Shown piece by piece: positions 24,423 through 39,100 of a DNA stretch of 64,000 nucleotides. The notes beneath the pieces are model-generated. The model saw only the letters and a list, made by a program, of their open reading frames with translations, searched no databases and was not told the origin of the DNA. Origin of the DNA: Phoronis australis (taxonomy: Eukaryota > Animalia > Phoronida); contig NMRA01000118.1 in the NCBI GenBank assembly GCA_002633005.1, forward strand, positions 372,707 to 436,706, in the 5' to 3' direction. Within the stretch, counting starts at the first letter, position 1; each line of letters opens with the position of its first letter. A program made the position numbers and the translations under genes.

Positions 24423-27400
24423 GGATTTAAAAAAATAAGATGCTTGCTTTTTCTTGATAGTGGATTTGCTTTTAGACCCAAGAAATGGATATGGAAAATG
24501 ATAATCTAGTTAAATTTGTATCCTTCCAAAAATGTGACGACTTGATATCTTAGCTTCAATTTGTTGCGCGGCCAAATTTCATTGGTTCATCTGCTAGACT
24601 TACACCTTGCTCTGCAGCATTCTCGATTTATTCCATGACAAGGGCATGTGTTTAAATAATGCATTAATATGATGCATTAATACATTAGGGATGCCATTCA
24701 GCAATTGCCCTTCTCTTACTTGCATTAGTGAAAGTTCATTGTTTTTGTTTAAGATTAAGGGAGTCAGTATTATCCAAGACCCCATTAAAACAATTTTTGC
24801 CATGTTATCACTTATCCTATACCACTGGCTGGCTTTGGTCAAGAAACATTGATTGATGTTTTCACCATCTGTGGTAACCACTGATTCTCATAGATCCAAG
24901 CATAACAGAGTTAAGTTAAAATTTCAGACGCTCTATGTTTTGAAACCAAGTTGTTCTCTTTGTATGTAAATAGCTGCAAGCATTCTGTGCTTCTTGTTTC
25001 AAAATGTGGTAGGGAAATTGACCTATTAATTGACCTGTCGCCAGTATTTTGAATGACGGCTTATCTGACCATTTAGAATCCAGCATTATTGACACACCTT
25101 CGTTTCCAAGCCACCATTTTAGCCGACAAACAACAAGTTGCAGGGTAAAACTTATTGTTTGTTAGTCGACATTACGCAAGGGGGCGGAGCTTGTGATAGG
25201 TCAATTAAATGGCAGTGTACTATTTGGCTTGAACTCTAACCTTTGATAAGAAGACTCTGTTGACTATATNTTGGCAACTTAAGTCTTGCGCTGCAGAGAA
25301 TCACTAAAATGGCGACCGCGAAGAAAAGTAATGCCGTACATACATGTAATAACTCAATTTGCACCTGAAATTTGTGAATATTTAATGCTGTAGGTAAGAG
25401 CATAATCTAAACATTTCCTCAATGATCTAAAATTAAACAAGAGCAATGCGGAGCGTTGAAATGTGCCCACGAATGCATTGCACATGGTGTGCTTTCAGAG
25501 TTATTTATTTGTATCATAAAAATGGCCTAGATGGCACAAAACATACAATCCATCCAAAAACAAGAAAATGCCATATTTCATAAAAATCTGTCAATGAACT
25601 TCAGAGAAAGAAAGGAAAATGGAATAAAATGAAATTGCCACTAGTGGGCACAGTGTCCGTTGGATCAGCTTGAAAGTCGTCATCGTCTGTTACCTTCATA
25701 TAAATACACTTACTAAATTTAATAAAGATCCTGCAGTGGGTTTAGGAGATACAACTATGGACGCAAAATAAAACTACCACTAGGAGGCGCAACAGTAGTC
25801 AGAGTAGTCAGTCACCATCATCAAAGGTCGCCTTCACACTGAGAACATATATGCCAATTTTCAAATGATTTTGTTGATACAGGGGTGGACACTAAAAACA
25901 AGATTTGAAAACATCAAAAATGGCCACTAGGTGGTGCAAAATACCTCGATTTCATCCAAAAACAGGAAGATAGCGTCATCACACTAAAAGATGCATATAT
26001 TTAAAATTTTACAAAAATCTGTTGAGGACCTTTGAAGATACTGAGTTAAACATAAAAAACTATAATTGCCACTAGGGGGCACAGCAGTATTCAGATCTGC
26101 CCGAAAGTTGTCATCATCCGTAGTCAATATCATATAAATACACTTCCTAAATTAAGTAAAGATCCTGCGAACGGTTTAGGAGATACAGCCATAGACGAAA
26201 CAAAAACAAAACTGCCGCTAGGAGGCGCCACAGAAGTTGAAATTGACGGAAAATCATCGTCAACTGTCTTCTTCATAAGCACATACATGTTAATTTTCAC
26301 AATCATCCTTTGAGCGGTTTGGTTGATAGACAGGTGGATGCAAAAAAACAGACTCAAAAACAGTAAAAATGGCCACTAGGTGGCGCAAACTACGTCGAAT
26401 CCACCCGGAATTGGAAGGATAGCATCATCTCACTAATAGGTGCGTACATACTAAATTTCATGAAAATCCGTTCAGGACTTTTGAAGATACAAAGGTAAGC
26501 GTAAAAAAATAAAATTGCCACTAGGGGGCACACCGGTAGTCGGATCCATCCGAAAGTTCGCTCACGCCGATGGAACATATGTGCCAAATTTCATGAATGT
26601 ATGTCAAAGGGTTTTGGAGATAGAGCAGCAGACGCCGGACGGACGCCGCCCGGACGGCATAATGTGTCCACATACAAATATGACTACCCACTTCGCCAAA
26701 TGAGGGAGCTCGTTCGAGCCTCTCGAGGGTGTGCGCTTGTTGTAACAGCTTGAAGTAGATGTTTACTTACGCAAGTTAAATTACCCACAGAAAACCATTC
26801 CTCGTCAAAACAGCTGAACCGGAAGTCACAATTGAATACATGCGCAGTGCAACTGATAACAAAATTACATGTTGCATGTGATTGATGACATGTTTCGGAC
26901 AACAGTTGGGTAGTAGTGCCTGTGGTGGCACTGTCTTTGTCCCAAATTGATGGATTTAACTTCAGTCTTCGCCTTGTACTTAACAATTTGCTGCAGTGTT
27001 TTGTAACTGATTCTCGTTCAACTCAACTGCGACCGACTTGTCATACGTATCCAACTGCAACGAGTGCAACGTAGACCGTCGTACTGTAGGCGATATTTTG
27101 TTTTAGTGAGCAACAGAACTCGTAGGACTACTAGTACACTGAAATTGTCCACTTCATTGTCACAGTTTTGTGTTCCAGTTTTCATCATAACCGGAGGTCG
27201 CCGTTTCTCAATACCTGGGGTTATCAAACAGTCAAACAGTAGACAGTAGGCCTGTGGCTGTGTACCAGTGCCCGTTTGACTGATCATAGGTGTTTCTGTG
27301 CACAAAACTTTGAATAAGGTACTGCTCATAAGCGATAAGTGATAGGGAAGGTTAGTGCCGATCCCTAGTAGCATGTAGCAGACCCAGCCTCCTTGGGTAA

Positions 27401-29993
27401 CGTGAATGCTGGCAGTGAATAAGTGGAGCGGACAAGTAAAGCAAAAGTAAGTTGCCATGGTAATTTGCGAGAATTTCCTATAGACACCAGCTTACAATGC
27501 TTACATGTACCAGGTAGCTGCTAAGGCCCTCGATCGCCTGAAGAGTGAAGGGCCTTCTCTGAGGGAAAGGTTCTTTGCTTTCTGGGCCGGGTATGCTGCT
27601 CCAAAACTCTACTCATCATGGTGACTCTTTTGTGTCCATGGCTGCATCTCCTAAACCCTCAGCAGGATCTTTATTGAATTTAGTAAGTGTATTTATAAAT
27701 ATGAAGTTGACAACAGGCGATGATGACTTTCGGACAGATCTGACAAACGTGGTATCCCTAGTGGCGATTTCATTTTTTTTCAATTTCTTTTCTCTGAAGT
27801 TCCTTGACGGATTTAATTATGATATTTGGCAAGTATCTTTCTATTTAAGAAGCAACATGGTCCCGTTTTTGAATATATTCAATGTATTTTGCACCATCTA
27901 GTGTCCATTTTTACTGTTTTCTAGTCTGTTTTTGGTGTCGGCCTCTCTATCAACCAGAGCACTCTAAAGTTGATTTTGAAAATTGACATTTATATTCCCA
28001 CTGTGAAGAGGACGGCTGTGGCGCCTCCTAGTGGCCATTTTTGCATCTATGGCTGTATTTCTCAAATCCTCTGCAGGATCTTTGTTAAATTTGGCAAGTG
28101 TATTTATTTCAAGTTAGCAACGGACAACGACGCCAAGTGGATGCATCCGACTACTGGTGTGCCTGCCTAGTCGCAATTTTACTTTTTTTCCTTGTCTTCT
28201 TTATCTGTTAGGCATCTGTTAATTAGTCGACAAGTTCGGTTTAAGGATAGATTTGTGAAATTTTTCAAAAAGGTCTGTTTTAAGGAGACTCCAATGTCTT
28301 CTCATTCTCGCATTGAATTTGATGTTTTCTGTACCACTCACTGACCATTAAAAAAAGTGCATTTTTGACATCGCCCTCTCCATCCACCACTTAAAGGATC
28401 ATTATTAAAATTTGAAGATTTATGTGCGCCTGATGAGAAGACTTAGGCTGGCATTGGTTTTTGGACGTGTTTAACTACTCTGGCACCCCCTTGTGGCAAT
28501 TTTATTTTTACGTTTGCCTGCACCAAGTAGTCGCTATTTTAAGTATTTTTGTCATCTGCTTCGGTATTTGTCGATCCACACAGAGGATTGTTACATGAAA
28601 ATTGGCAGATATGATCCTACTGACAAGAGCATGTCTGCCGTGGATTTTCAAACGGATCTATCAACTGTGATGCCCCCTATTGACATTTTTACGACTATCT
28701 CCTAAACCCCTTGCAAAACGTTTTTGGAATTTTGCAATTCTTTTCCTATTAACATGACTGCAGATGGACGGATTCGATTACCGCTGTGCTTTTTACGAGC
28801 AGTTTTTTTACATTTGCCGTCGTATCTTAATGGATTTTCGTAAATATGGCAAATAGTTTTGAGAGGCGACGACACCTTCCCAGTTTTGGATTGGTTCAAT
28901 GTATTGTGTGCCATCTAATGGTCATTTTTTATGCTAGAGATAAACACCCCTTGAAGCACACAGTTTCTGGTGCAGACGTGGGCGCATTTTAAGGCTCCTG
29001 GTTGGTCTCTTTGGATTTAAAAAAATAAGATGCTTGCTTTTTCCTGACAGTGGATTTGCTTTTAGACCCGAGAAATGGATATGGAAAATGATAATCTAGT
29101 TAAATTTGTATCCTTCTAAAAATGTGACGACTTGATGTCTTGGCTTCAATTTGTTGCGCAGCCAAATTTCATTGGTTGATCTGCTAGACTTACACCTTGC
29201 TCTGCAGCATTCTCGATTTATTTCGTGACAAGGGCATGTGTTTAAATAATGCATTGATATGATGCATTAATACATTAGTGATGCCATTCAGCAATTGCCC
29301 TTCTCTTTCTTGCATTAGTGAAAGTTCATTGTTTTTGTTTAAGATTAAGGGAGTCAGTATTACCCAAGACCCCATTAAAACAATTTTTGCCATGTTATCA
29401 CTTATCCTATACCACTGGCTGGCTTTGGTCAAGAAACATTGATTGATGTTTTCACCATCTGTGGTAACCACTGAGTCTCATAGATCCAAGCATAACAGAG
29501 TTAAGTTAAAATTTCAGACGCTCTATGTTTTGAAACTTAAAGGGAAAACCAAGTTGTTCTCTTTGTATGTAAATAGCTGCAAGCATTCTGTGCTTCTTGT
29601 TTCAAAATGTGGTAGGGAAATTGACCTATTAATTGACCTGTCGCCAGTATTTTGAATGACGGCTTATCTGACCATTTAGAATCCAGCATTATTGACACAC
29701 CTTCGTTTCCAAGCCACCATTTTAGCCGACAAACAACAAGTTGCAGGGTAAAACTTATTGTTTGTTAGTCGACATTACGCAAGGGGGCGGAGCTTGTGAT
29801 AGGTCAATTAAATGGCAGTGTACTATTTGGCTTGAACTCTAACCTTTGATAAGAAGACTCTGTTGACTATATATTACCAGCAAGTTTTCTAAGGTGCCCT
29901 TGTAGGAAGTTTATGTAAACAATAAGATAGTCATAGGTGGCATCTTTCTTCTAGGTGAGTCTGAAGTTGTAGAGTGTAATTGAGAGGACTGAG

Positions 29994-30160
29994 ATGATGC
30001 AATCAGGGGATGATTCTGCCAGTAGCAAGAGTGTTCTTGGTGGATTGGACAATGCACACAGAAATGATATGAAGTCAAAGGGACTTAAATTTTGTCAAGA
30101 CTTCCTCGGCGGGGCGTGGAAAGATGCCGCTTATGGTGACATAAAGATAGAACCTATAAG
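29994..30160 (+). CDS. CHK: Choline kinase coding exon 1
   Basis: Acceptor ends at 29954, ATG at 29994, CQDFLGGAW, donor AG|GTAATG. Confidence 0.88.
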
Positions 30161-33100
30161 GTAATGTTACTTAGCATGGGCGTTTAGTTGTGTCCTTCAA
30201 AGGCAACGAAAGGTTGAACATGGCATTTTTTTAGATGTCCCAATGTGATTGGAGATTGCCATTCATTTCCTGGGGCTCACTTAAGTTCTAATTTTTGCTT
30301 ACTGAACACCAGTGCTTTTCTTAATTAGCCAAATTGGTAACTCTTGCTTCGCACCACACTACCTAACACCTTTTATTTTGTAATTTGCACTTAAGACTTG
30401 GCTGCAAGCATGTTTGTGATTGTTTAATAGGTCACTTAAGAAAGATAAGCAAACCAGATCAATCTGGTTCAGTGGACTTTGACAGATGGTGTTGCTACAC
30501 CTACACTATAGTCCTGTAAGCATAGCATGCAATTCAGTCATGGTGTTAAAGGAAATGAGGCATTAGCAGACACTGAACCATGGCATTTGACAATTTCAAT
30601 AAATTTTACTTGTGCTTCATGTTGATAAGATGTGCATCTCCTATTTGTTGTAAAAACACAGAGACAATATGAGAATGGGTGCTGAGACCCCTCAAGTGTG
30701 TTAATTTGACAACTGGAAAATTACATGGAGGCGCTATACTACTCACTGTTTTTCTTTGAAAAGTTCCCTAAAAGTTGCTATTATAAAACAATATTCAGGT
30801 GTCAAAAAAACAACAGCAACATCGTCATGTTCTTAACCTGTGCTCTAATGGTCACACTTTTTCACAGGCTGAAATTACCCCTATATGATAAGTAACCATG
30901 AATAGCCAAGTCTAAAATCACTTACCATCTGAGTAATGTAGAAGTTTAGACCAATTTTATACGTATTTGTCATACACTTTTAACAATACATTCAAACCCT
31001 CCCTCAAAAATTAATCTCTGGATGGGATGGTCGCCAATCAGTCAGCTGGAAACCCTGTTCCTTCTGTAATTGAAAGTTACATAAAGTTCATCTTTAAAGG
31101 TGGTATTTCTTAACACCACAGGATTCAAAATAATGCCAGTACTCAGAAGCTTTTTGCACACCCAAAACTATCTTGTGTTTGATAACCTGGAATGTAATGC
31201 CAACAAAATACAGAGGTTTGCAGGTATATCAAAACTGAAAGCTAAAGCCACTACCTATTGACAGTCTAGAGTAAAAAATCACAAGCCCGAGGTCGGGGTA
31301 AAGAGACTTGAGTTTCACAACGCAAGGATGACAACACGGAAACAACTAAAAGGAAGCGATTACGAGGACAATTTGACTTGAGAATCTGGCACAACGTAGC
31401 GCCATGGCTGATGACATGTCGAAACACATCCTGAGAACACCCCTTCCTCCAACCTGCTTGAAGGATCATTATTGAAATTTAGGGATGTGTTCCTGAGGTT
31501 GATTTTTGGACGTGTTCAACTACTCAGGCACCTGCTTGTGGCAATTTTATTTTTTGCGTTCACGGCTGTATCTCCTTTACCCTTTAGAAGATTGTTCTGA
31601 AATTTAGCAGATGTGTTCCTACGGAGATGGCAATAGGTGACAGCCAACTACAGCTGTGCTCCCTTGGGGCAAGTTTTTCCTTGACGCTTTTTCATGAAAT
31701 TTGGCAGATAGTTTTGAGAGTCGACGACACCTTCCCATTTATTGATGGGCTCAATTTATTCTGTGCTATCTAATTGCCATCTTTTATGCTAGAACTAAGC
31801 ACCCCTAGAAGCACACTGTTTGCGGTGCATTTCAATGCCCCGCATTGCTCTTTTTCTGCAGGTTATTAAGTAAAAATGTTTTATTTATGCTGCCCTCCAG
31901 TTTGTATGTTCATGTTTATTCATAAGCATGCTGTTGCTCAGCATCAGACTTCAACAAGTGAATGCTGACATGTCAAGTGAATGCTCACATGTACAGTTAA
32001 ATGTTAAAGAGATGAAAACACTCTGAGGAGTGACTCTTGGGAAATTGACTGGAAAAATAAGAATGACGACAGAGAGGTATTAACGCAATTCAAGACAATG
32101 ACACCACCCAACCAATTGTTCAAACTTTCTGAGAAACTAGTTTAGGACACGAAGCATTGCTGATATCCAAATCAATACCCCTCTCAGTTATTTTGTTGCA
32201 GTTGTCGTAAGAAATCTTTTGTCTTACTCTCTCTAGTGGCGGTACCTCCAATTACCTGTATGTGTGCTCACTTCGCGACAACATTCAATTACTGAATGGT
32301 GAACCACGCCGTGTCATCATACGCTTCTATGGTCAAATGACAGAAGGCAACCACCACATGGTGCTAAAGGAGGCGGTGGTGTTTGCTATGCTCGCTGAGA
32401 GGAACATTGGGCCTAACTTGTATGGGATCTTTCGTGGTGGACGTGTAGAGGAGTATATTCCTGTAATTGTTATCCCAGATTTCACTAGATGTCATAATTG
32501 TAAAAGCAGTGGTTCTTACACAATGGTCCTTTTCTAGAGAGCTTGTCGAGGTCACGTGCGCAATGCATTCTTGAGTGGATAAGAGGCCAAGGCAAAACGT
32601 TAATATGGCTGGCATTGGACAAGAAAAGTACATTGATTTCTCGAATGCCTTTGTTTGTTGTTTATTCTGTTGTTGCTCTTTTTCGCAGGCCACAACTGTA
32701 GGAGATATAGATTTTAAATCCAATTAAAATTTTCAAAAAATTGATGGGCTTGCTATGGTAAAAAATCAATATTTATGCATGTCTGAAGTACTGGAGCGGT
32801 CTGTACCTAATTGCCGATTTACATTTTGTGTAATCCTCACTCATTACAAACCTAAATGGAAAGTAGGTGATGTCAACTTCAGTATCATATCGACAAAACA
32901 AAACTATTGATGAAATGAGGAGTACACCAGCTTGGATGTCCAAAGTTCCCTGACAGTCATGGAAATTATGCGTAGTTATGCTCCCAGCATTAGAGTTTCT
33001 TTTCTTTCCCATTTAAGGCCATAAATTGTCAAAATTATCCTCTGTTTCAAAAACCTATAACTAGTGTTGTGCTGTGGAAAGAGGAGCAGTGGATGTGATG

Positions 33101-36100
33101 ATTAGGGAATAGAGATATTTAAGAATGTTCCCTTCCACTGTCAGATGTGGAAAGGTTTTGCGTGTGCCCCTGTCTATCTCACAATACATTGAATGCATCA
33201 CCTGGATAAGTGATCTCGAAAAGCATTATGAAAGATTTCTCTCTACCAAATCTATTCTTTGAAAAATCGGCTTGAAGTGAAAACCCTGTATATAAGGTCC
33301 TGGCCTTACAGGCGAAAAAATATTTATAATGCAACAATCTGGAATATGCAGGACTACGTAACAGTGTAATTATTTTTAAAGTGTTGTGTCAACCACTAAT
33401 TACTACAATGGCAAGTCCTGCCAAAGATGATAAAACTAATGAAAATGTTGAATGAAGAACAATATAGTGCAGCACGTATTCTGAAGCTGTGTCGCAGCCT
33501 CATAGGGAAGGCCTAGTTGTACTGAATTATAATGACGTGGCCTTATACACTAGGTTTTGTAGCACCAATCTCAAATAGTCAAATTACCGGCTTTCACAAA
33601 ATGAATATTTGAGATTTATGAGATTTTGCAGAATTTTGGAGACTTCTTTTATCTTCATCACTTATTTATTAAATATAAGTTTTCACTTATGGGTACGATG
33701 TCTCGGTCATATGATGTTTATAAGCCTAACATCTTGATGAAGATTGTTCAAAATAAACACATTTTTTACTTATTTGTTTTTGCGTTATTTTGGGGACTTC
33801 TTTGTAAACCACTTCTTGATCAGATTACATTTTTCACTTTCAGTCAAGATGTCTGCGAACATATGAAATTGCAAAGCCTGACATCTCTGTGAAGATTGCC
33901 CAAAAGATGGCGCAGTTACACAAACTCAACATGCCAATAAAGAAAGAGCCTAAATGGTTATTTGGGAACTTGAACAGGTGTGTTTGTTAAAGAGACACTG
34001 TCTTATTTTCTATTTTCTCATAATAGAAAATTATTTCAGTCTGGCCCTTAACCTGATCATTCTGGGCATTGACAGTTTGTGGAAAAGAGTATGAGAATGC
34101 CTATGGTTAGTTGTGATAGGGTTGGCCAGCCCTTGGGCTGCTTATGTCTCTTATAGGTGATCTCATTGGTTTCCGGATGTTGGAACAAATTGATACAGTA
34201 CCTTGGCAACAAACATTTTGAGACAAGTTTTTAATATCCACCAGTTCATGCTTTGCATAAAATTTATGTGGTCAAACCTTAGGGGAAGGAAATGTTGAAT
34301 GTAACTCGCACATGCATTTGTGAAGTGTGAAGGTTAGCATTACAGACCCGTGTACCATACGCAAAAATGCAGATTTTCTATGGAATTTTGGATTGTAGTA
34401 CGCAAGACCTGGCAAAAATCTGCCAATTTGAAGCAGAGTATTTACCGAGTTGTTACTCACTTAGTGAAAAGCTAATGATAAAAAAATGGAAGTTTTTTAA
34501 ATTAGAAATTAAAAAATATCTGTTCATATTATTATAAACTAAAAAACGTGAGTTCTGAATGCAGTAACTTGCTCCCATTAATTCTAGATATAGCATGGTA
34601 ATTGATGAATCGCAAGGCTTCTTGTATCAATATTCATCACTGGCTAAAACTATAACTACCGTATGCGCCTTAATAACCGCCCAGGGCACTTAGAAAAGTT
34701 CGTTTCTGTGGGGGGGGGGGCGCTTATTACAACCCAAGGCCGTTGAAACCCGGTCTCTGAAACGGGTGAAATCGGAAGCTAAGATTCATCATATTTACGC
34801 TCTGTGACGTATCTGTAATCTATGAAAGACTTTCTACAAAACCGTGATGCATTGTTATCAAACTTTGCTGCTAAATTACGATCATTTTACAGAAAATTGT
34901 GCTGAAATCCCAGGGCAAAAACTCGCCGACTGCCTGCCTCGCAATCGTCGATATGGCGATTTGAATGCTTGAATAAAAATAGTTTCGACTCATCAAACAA
35001 ATTACCTGAAATCCTCCTTAAGTTTTCCAAGTAGCGTCCCTAAGATTTTTAAGTTCCGTGGAGTCGGGATCACAGCAGGTTTAAGTACAAATCTGTGCTA
35101 CTACATCGTGCCATCTACATGTATGATTGGCAACATGAGAAAAATGTCTGGACGAACACACATGTTGTTGTCACGTGACGTTTGTTTTGAAGTTGTCTGC
35201 ATTTGTGAGTAAGCGAGCGCGTGCGTGTCACCAGAGTTCATTTGCCAGAGCAGATACCGTCTTTTGGCCAGAGCCACGCAATCTAACGAGCTAGATGTGC
35301 ATTGTATCTAAAGAAATTTGCACAAGCAGTAGGCCTAAACCAGAGTGTGTTTCATTCAGCACTTGCCGGTCTCATGTCACTAAAAACGTATGACATTTGT
35401 CTCGGTAAGGCCACATTAGTCGCCGTGTGGCTGGATGCGGCATAAGTGACTATCTAACAGTTATTTTTCGGTGTAAGGGTGTGTAAACATGCACCGTCAG
35501 TGGTCATTTTATCGGATATTTGGCTTAAAAACGCCAATTATGGTTAATCAAACAATTCATCTTAAAAATAACGCAAACATTTTTTATAGTTAGAAACTGT
35601 CGGAAATTAGTGCCAATATTCATTTCTTGCTGATGCTATACTGCCCGTTTCATGAATGGATAGTTCCCGACTAATGTCTGATGACAGGTTCGTGTATGTA
35701 GCGCGCGCTTCCTGGCCACCTGCTTTTAACACTGGCCAAGCTTTTTATTAGTCTTCGATTCGCGGTTTTTATGTGTAGGCCAACAAAGAAATTTGGATTC
35801 CTGTTGAAAGCGGGAAATATCTACAAAGCAATCCCGTAGACAAGTACACTACTTCTGTTCTGAAAGGCCAGACTATTGGTCCTCGCAATATCAGCAGAAC
35901 TTTTGTGTTCGTTTTGAGGCATGGCGGAAGTTTGAAGTGTATAGTCACAGCTCAATACCGACAGCGGCGAGGCTCGTGATCTACAAATTTTGCGCACAGT
36001 GATTTTTTTATGACTGTCAGATATTATTGATAAGTTGAAGACGTTACTGTAGAATTTTAGGACTGTAGATAAGGCATTTTTTGCACGTACATGTTCATGG

Positions 36101-39100
36101 ACTGGGCGCTTATTTTAACAAAGTCTGAAAACGCGTGGGTTGGGCGCTTATAGGAGCATGGGCGGTTATTACGGCGAATACGGTAACAACTTCTGTAGTT
36201 GGTGGATTGTGTACTTTGCTTAATTCCGGCTATCTCTAGCTATATACGCACTGTTGTCAAAATGGCAAAGCATGAGAGGTCACCTACTCTGAGCTGTGAA
36301 GAAAATAGCTTCTGAAAGGAGGGAAATTGTTATTACAAAGAATGCTTTGTCTTATGGAAGGGACTGTCGAATTTACATTGCAAGTTGAATAGCTCATTTT
36401 CTTGTGCACGTGGTGACTGCACTGACTTCACAGCGAGTCAATCCATGGGCAGCAGTCAAGGTTTTTTGACAGGCTGTATGGTGGTATGTATAATTATAGT
36501 TATTCCAAAGATTCGTGAATGGTTAAGAACATGTGGTTATCTATGGCAGATTAAAGTCACATTTGAACGTATACAAGAATGAGGTTACACTTAACAAATT
36601 CTATATTCTTCCGACTATCAAGGTGGATATCGTACATATACGACAAGCTGTGGACAAATGACGAGTTCCTTAGGACAAATGCGGGCCTTCCTAGACTAAA
36701 ACAGATGGACCTGAAAGAGGAGTCTATAGCTCTTAGGTAAGAAGGACAGTAGGATTAGGGAAGTTGTCATCTGTGTCCTGCATTTACAACAAGTCAGTCT
36801 TGAAGTCTTTGTTGTTTGTTGCAACACAAGTATAAGACAATACAATACAATAATTGTGCAAAGAATTAGCTTAGCGAACAAATCGTTATATCCAGGCTTA
36901 TAAGTAGCACAAAAAATAACAAAAACAAAAGGAAAGTCTTTTTGAACTAATTTTTTTGGACATTTTGTCCATTCTGATAGTTAGTACAATGATTTATCTT
37001 CACACGGATATTAGAAGTTAATCGCTAAAATATCCACCAATCAAGTGCTACTCGAGTTTGACTATTTGGCGCTATCTTATGTTACTGCTAGAACCTGAGA
37101 GACAAATGAAAAGAGGACAGAGATATTAAATGTAATTGTCAGTCTTCTTGAAGTCATGTCACGTTTCATTAACTGACTTAACTGATCATTTTTCAACACA
37201 TTAACATTTATTTTCAAATCTTCAGTGTTTGAAATATTTTAATTTGTGCCATATTGCGTTGCACAATTATTTAAAACCATGTGATCGTCTTTTTTGTGAA
37301 ACTAATCATTTTTGCTTTGAATGTAAATCCACCCACACATTGATGTTCAAATCTGCTAAGCATATCAAAAATCAAAAGGTATTTGCTGCATAGTTGAAAT
37401 CAGTTGATGTCATCCCGAACCACTTGGCTACTTAAATAGCAGCTGTCTTCTCCACTGCTGCGCTGCCTGCCAGATTTGTTCTTGTGAAGCTGAGGAGGGG
37501 TGACATCAATTTTTGTGCTGCCCAGTGGCAATTCAGAATTTTTGATTTTTCCTCTAAATCTACTCACTGGATAGTGAAGAAATTAATTTTAGCAATTCCT
37601 CAGATATTTTTGCACACAATGTGACGGATTTATAAATAAAGAATTTTTTATCAAAAATAAGTACCGTATTACAGTAATTTTTGTCTGTTATTAGCTTAGT
37701 TTGTACTTAGTATGTGTTTTACAAGTAAAGCTTCCAATATTTGCAGCAAATTAATCGTCCATTGAAAAATAGAAAAATGTCAATTCTGACAATTATTTGT
37801 GGGTGAAATTAGTGATGAATTGTCACTTTTGATTTTAAATGCGTTGGTTGATTACGTCTTTTCAATACAGATTGTGCTTACACTGAAGTTGCTTCTTTCT
37901 ATTAAGTTTTGATGAAAAATTTACGCAAATTCATTTTCTTACTCATCCGCCATGTTCTCTTAATTTGACATTTTACAGTGTGATTTGCATTCTTGCAGTT
38001 AAGTGCACTAGTGTCTTTCAAACTGGCGGTGGAGCCTTTTTCAATTGATTGATTCTTCACTTGACTTTTCGGGTGTGTGTTTTTGTTTCTTTGCAGAGAG
38101 ATTCTTGATCAAGTCCAGTCTGAAGTTGTCTTCTGTCACAATGATTTTCAGGAAGGTAATGTAAAAACATATGGTTATTGAAGTTCTGCTCTCAAAGTTA
38201 ATAGTAGCATCATTTTTATGCAATTTTCGCCTGTTTTAAAAAATGATTGTTGTGCATGATAGTTGAAATGAGTTGTGAATCTTTGTAGACTTTTGTTTCT
38301 CGGTAAATTACACTCAACTAAGAAGTTTGTCCAGCTGTTCGAAAATTGAGCTGTTTAATGTCAACTATAGGTGATCTCTCAAATATTTTGATGGTAGAAA
38401 CGAACCACTATCAAGCAAGGCAGAAATATTTTGAGACTAGTTTGATAGTATGAGTTCAGGATGTTTTTTCGTTGGTTATATTTACAAAGGAAATTCGTGA
38501 GCGGTGATAAGCCAAAGAAGCAAATTTTTGTTTTAGACCACTTGCCATTGCACAGTTGGTTACAACTTGTTCCGTAATTATACAAGAAGGGAGTGGGCTT
38601 ACAGACTGTTGTTTCTTGAGATCACACTCGCGGCATAAAGGATGTGTCATGATAAACCAATTGTAGAGCCAGGTCTCAACCTACAGTGAACTGTCAGTTC
38701 TTTCAAAGCCTTGAATCACATCTTTCTTGACTAAGATAGGATTAGAGGCTAATTTCATAACAATGAATATTCTAAATTGAAAGTTAATTTTTGCAATGCG
38801 AGGCAAATGTAAAGCTGCTTGAAATTGTATTAAAGTGTCCATCAATCCACCTTCCATCACAAAGACCAACTTCTGATTTAGATCACTTACAGTTATGAAA
38901 TTTGTCTCAAATTGTTCGTTGTCAAATTGTGAGGGGTTTTAGTGCTGAGAAAGAATTATCGGTTCGTTATCAGTTGAGACCAGGCTCTGTACGTTGTGTT
39001 GTTACAGTGGGTAATTTTAAGTGCTGAGCGTAGTCTCTGACAGTTCTTTGCAAACTTGAAATTGCTCCTCGTTTGAGTAAGGAACAAGCTGAGAATCATT

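Larger units (their letters stand above)
20221..29871 (+). repeat. ~5-kb tandem duplication (20221-25269 vs 25271-29871)
   Basis: Both copies start TTGGCAACT(C/T)AAGTCTTGCG and end TGTTGACTATAT. They differ by SNPs and indels and are joined by one N. Confidence 0.95.

Noticed and set aside
21329-29655. Numerous paired ORFs such as MVTTDGEN and MAHNTLNQ
   Set aside because: They recur only because of the duplication and repeats, and carry no protein motifs
38456-38650. Cys-containing minus-strand ORF resembling KolX (LPSCIITE...LAY)
   Set aside because: The similarity is too weak and no termini were identified
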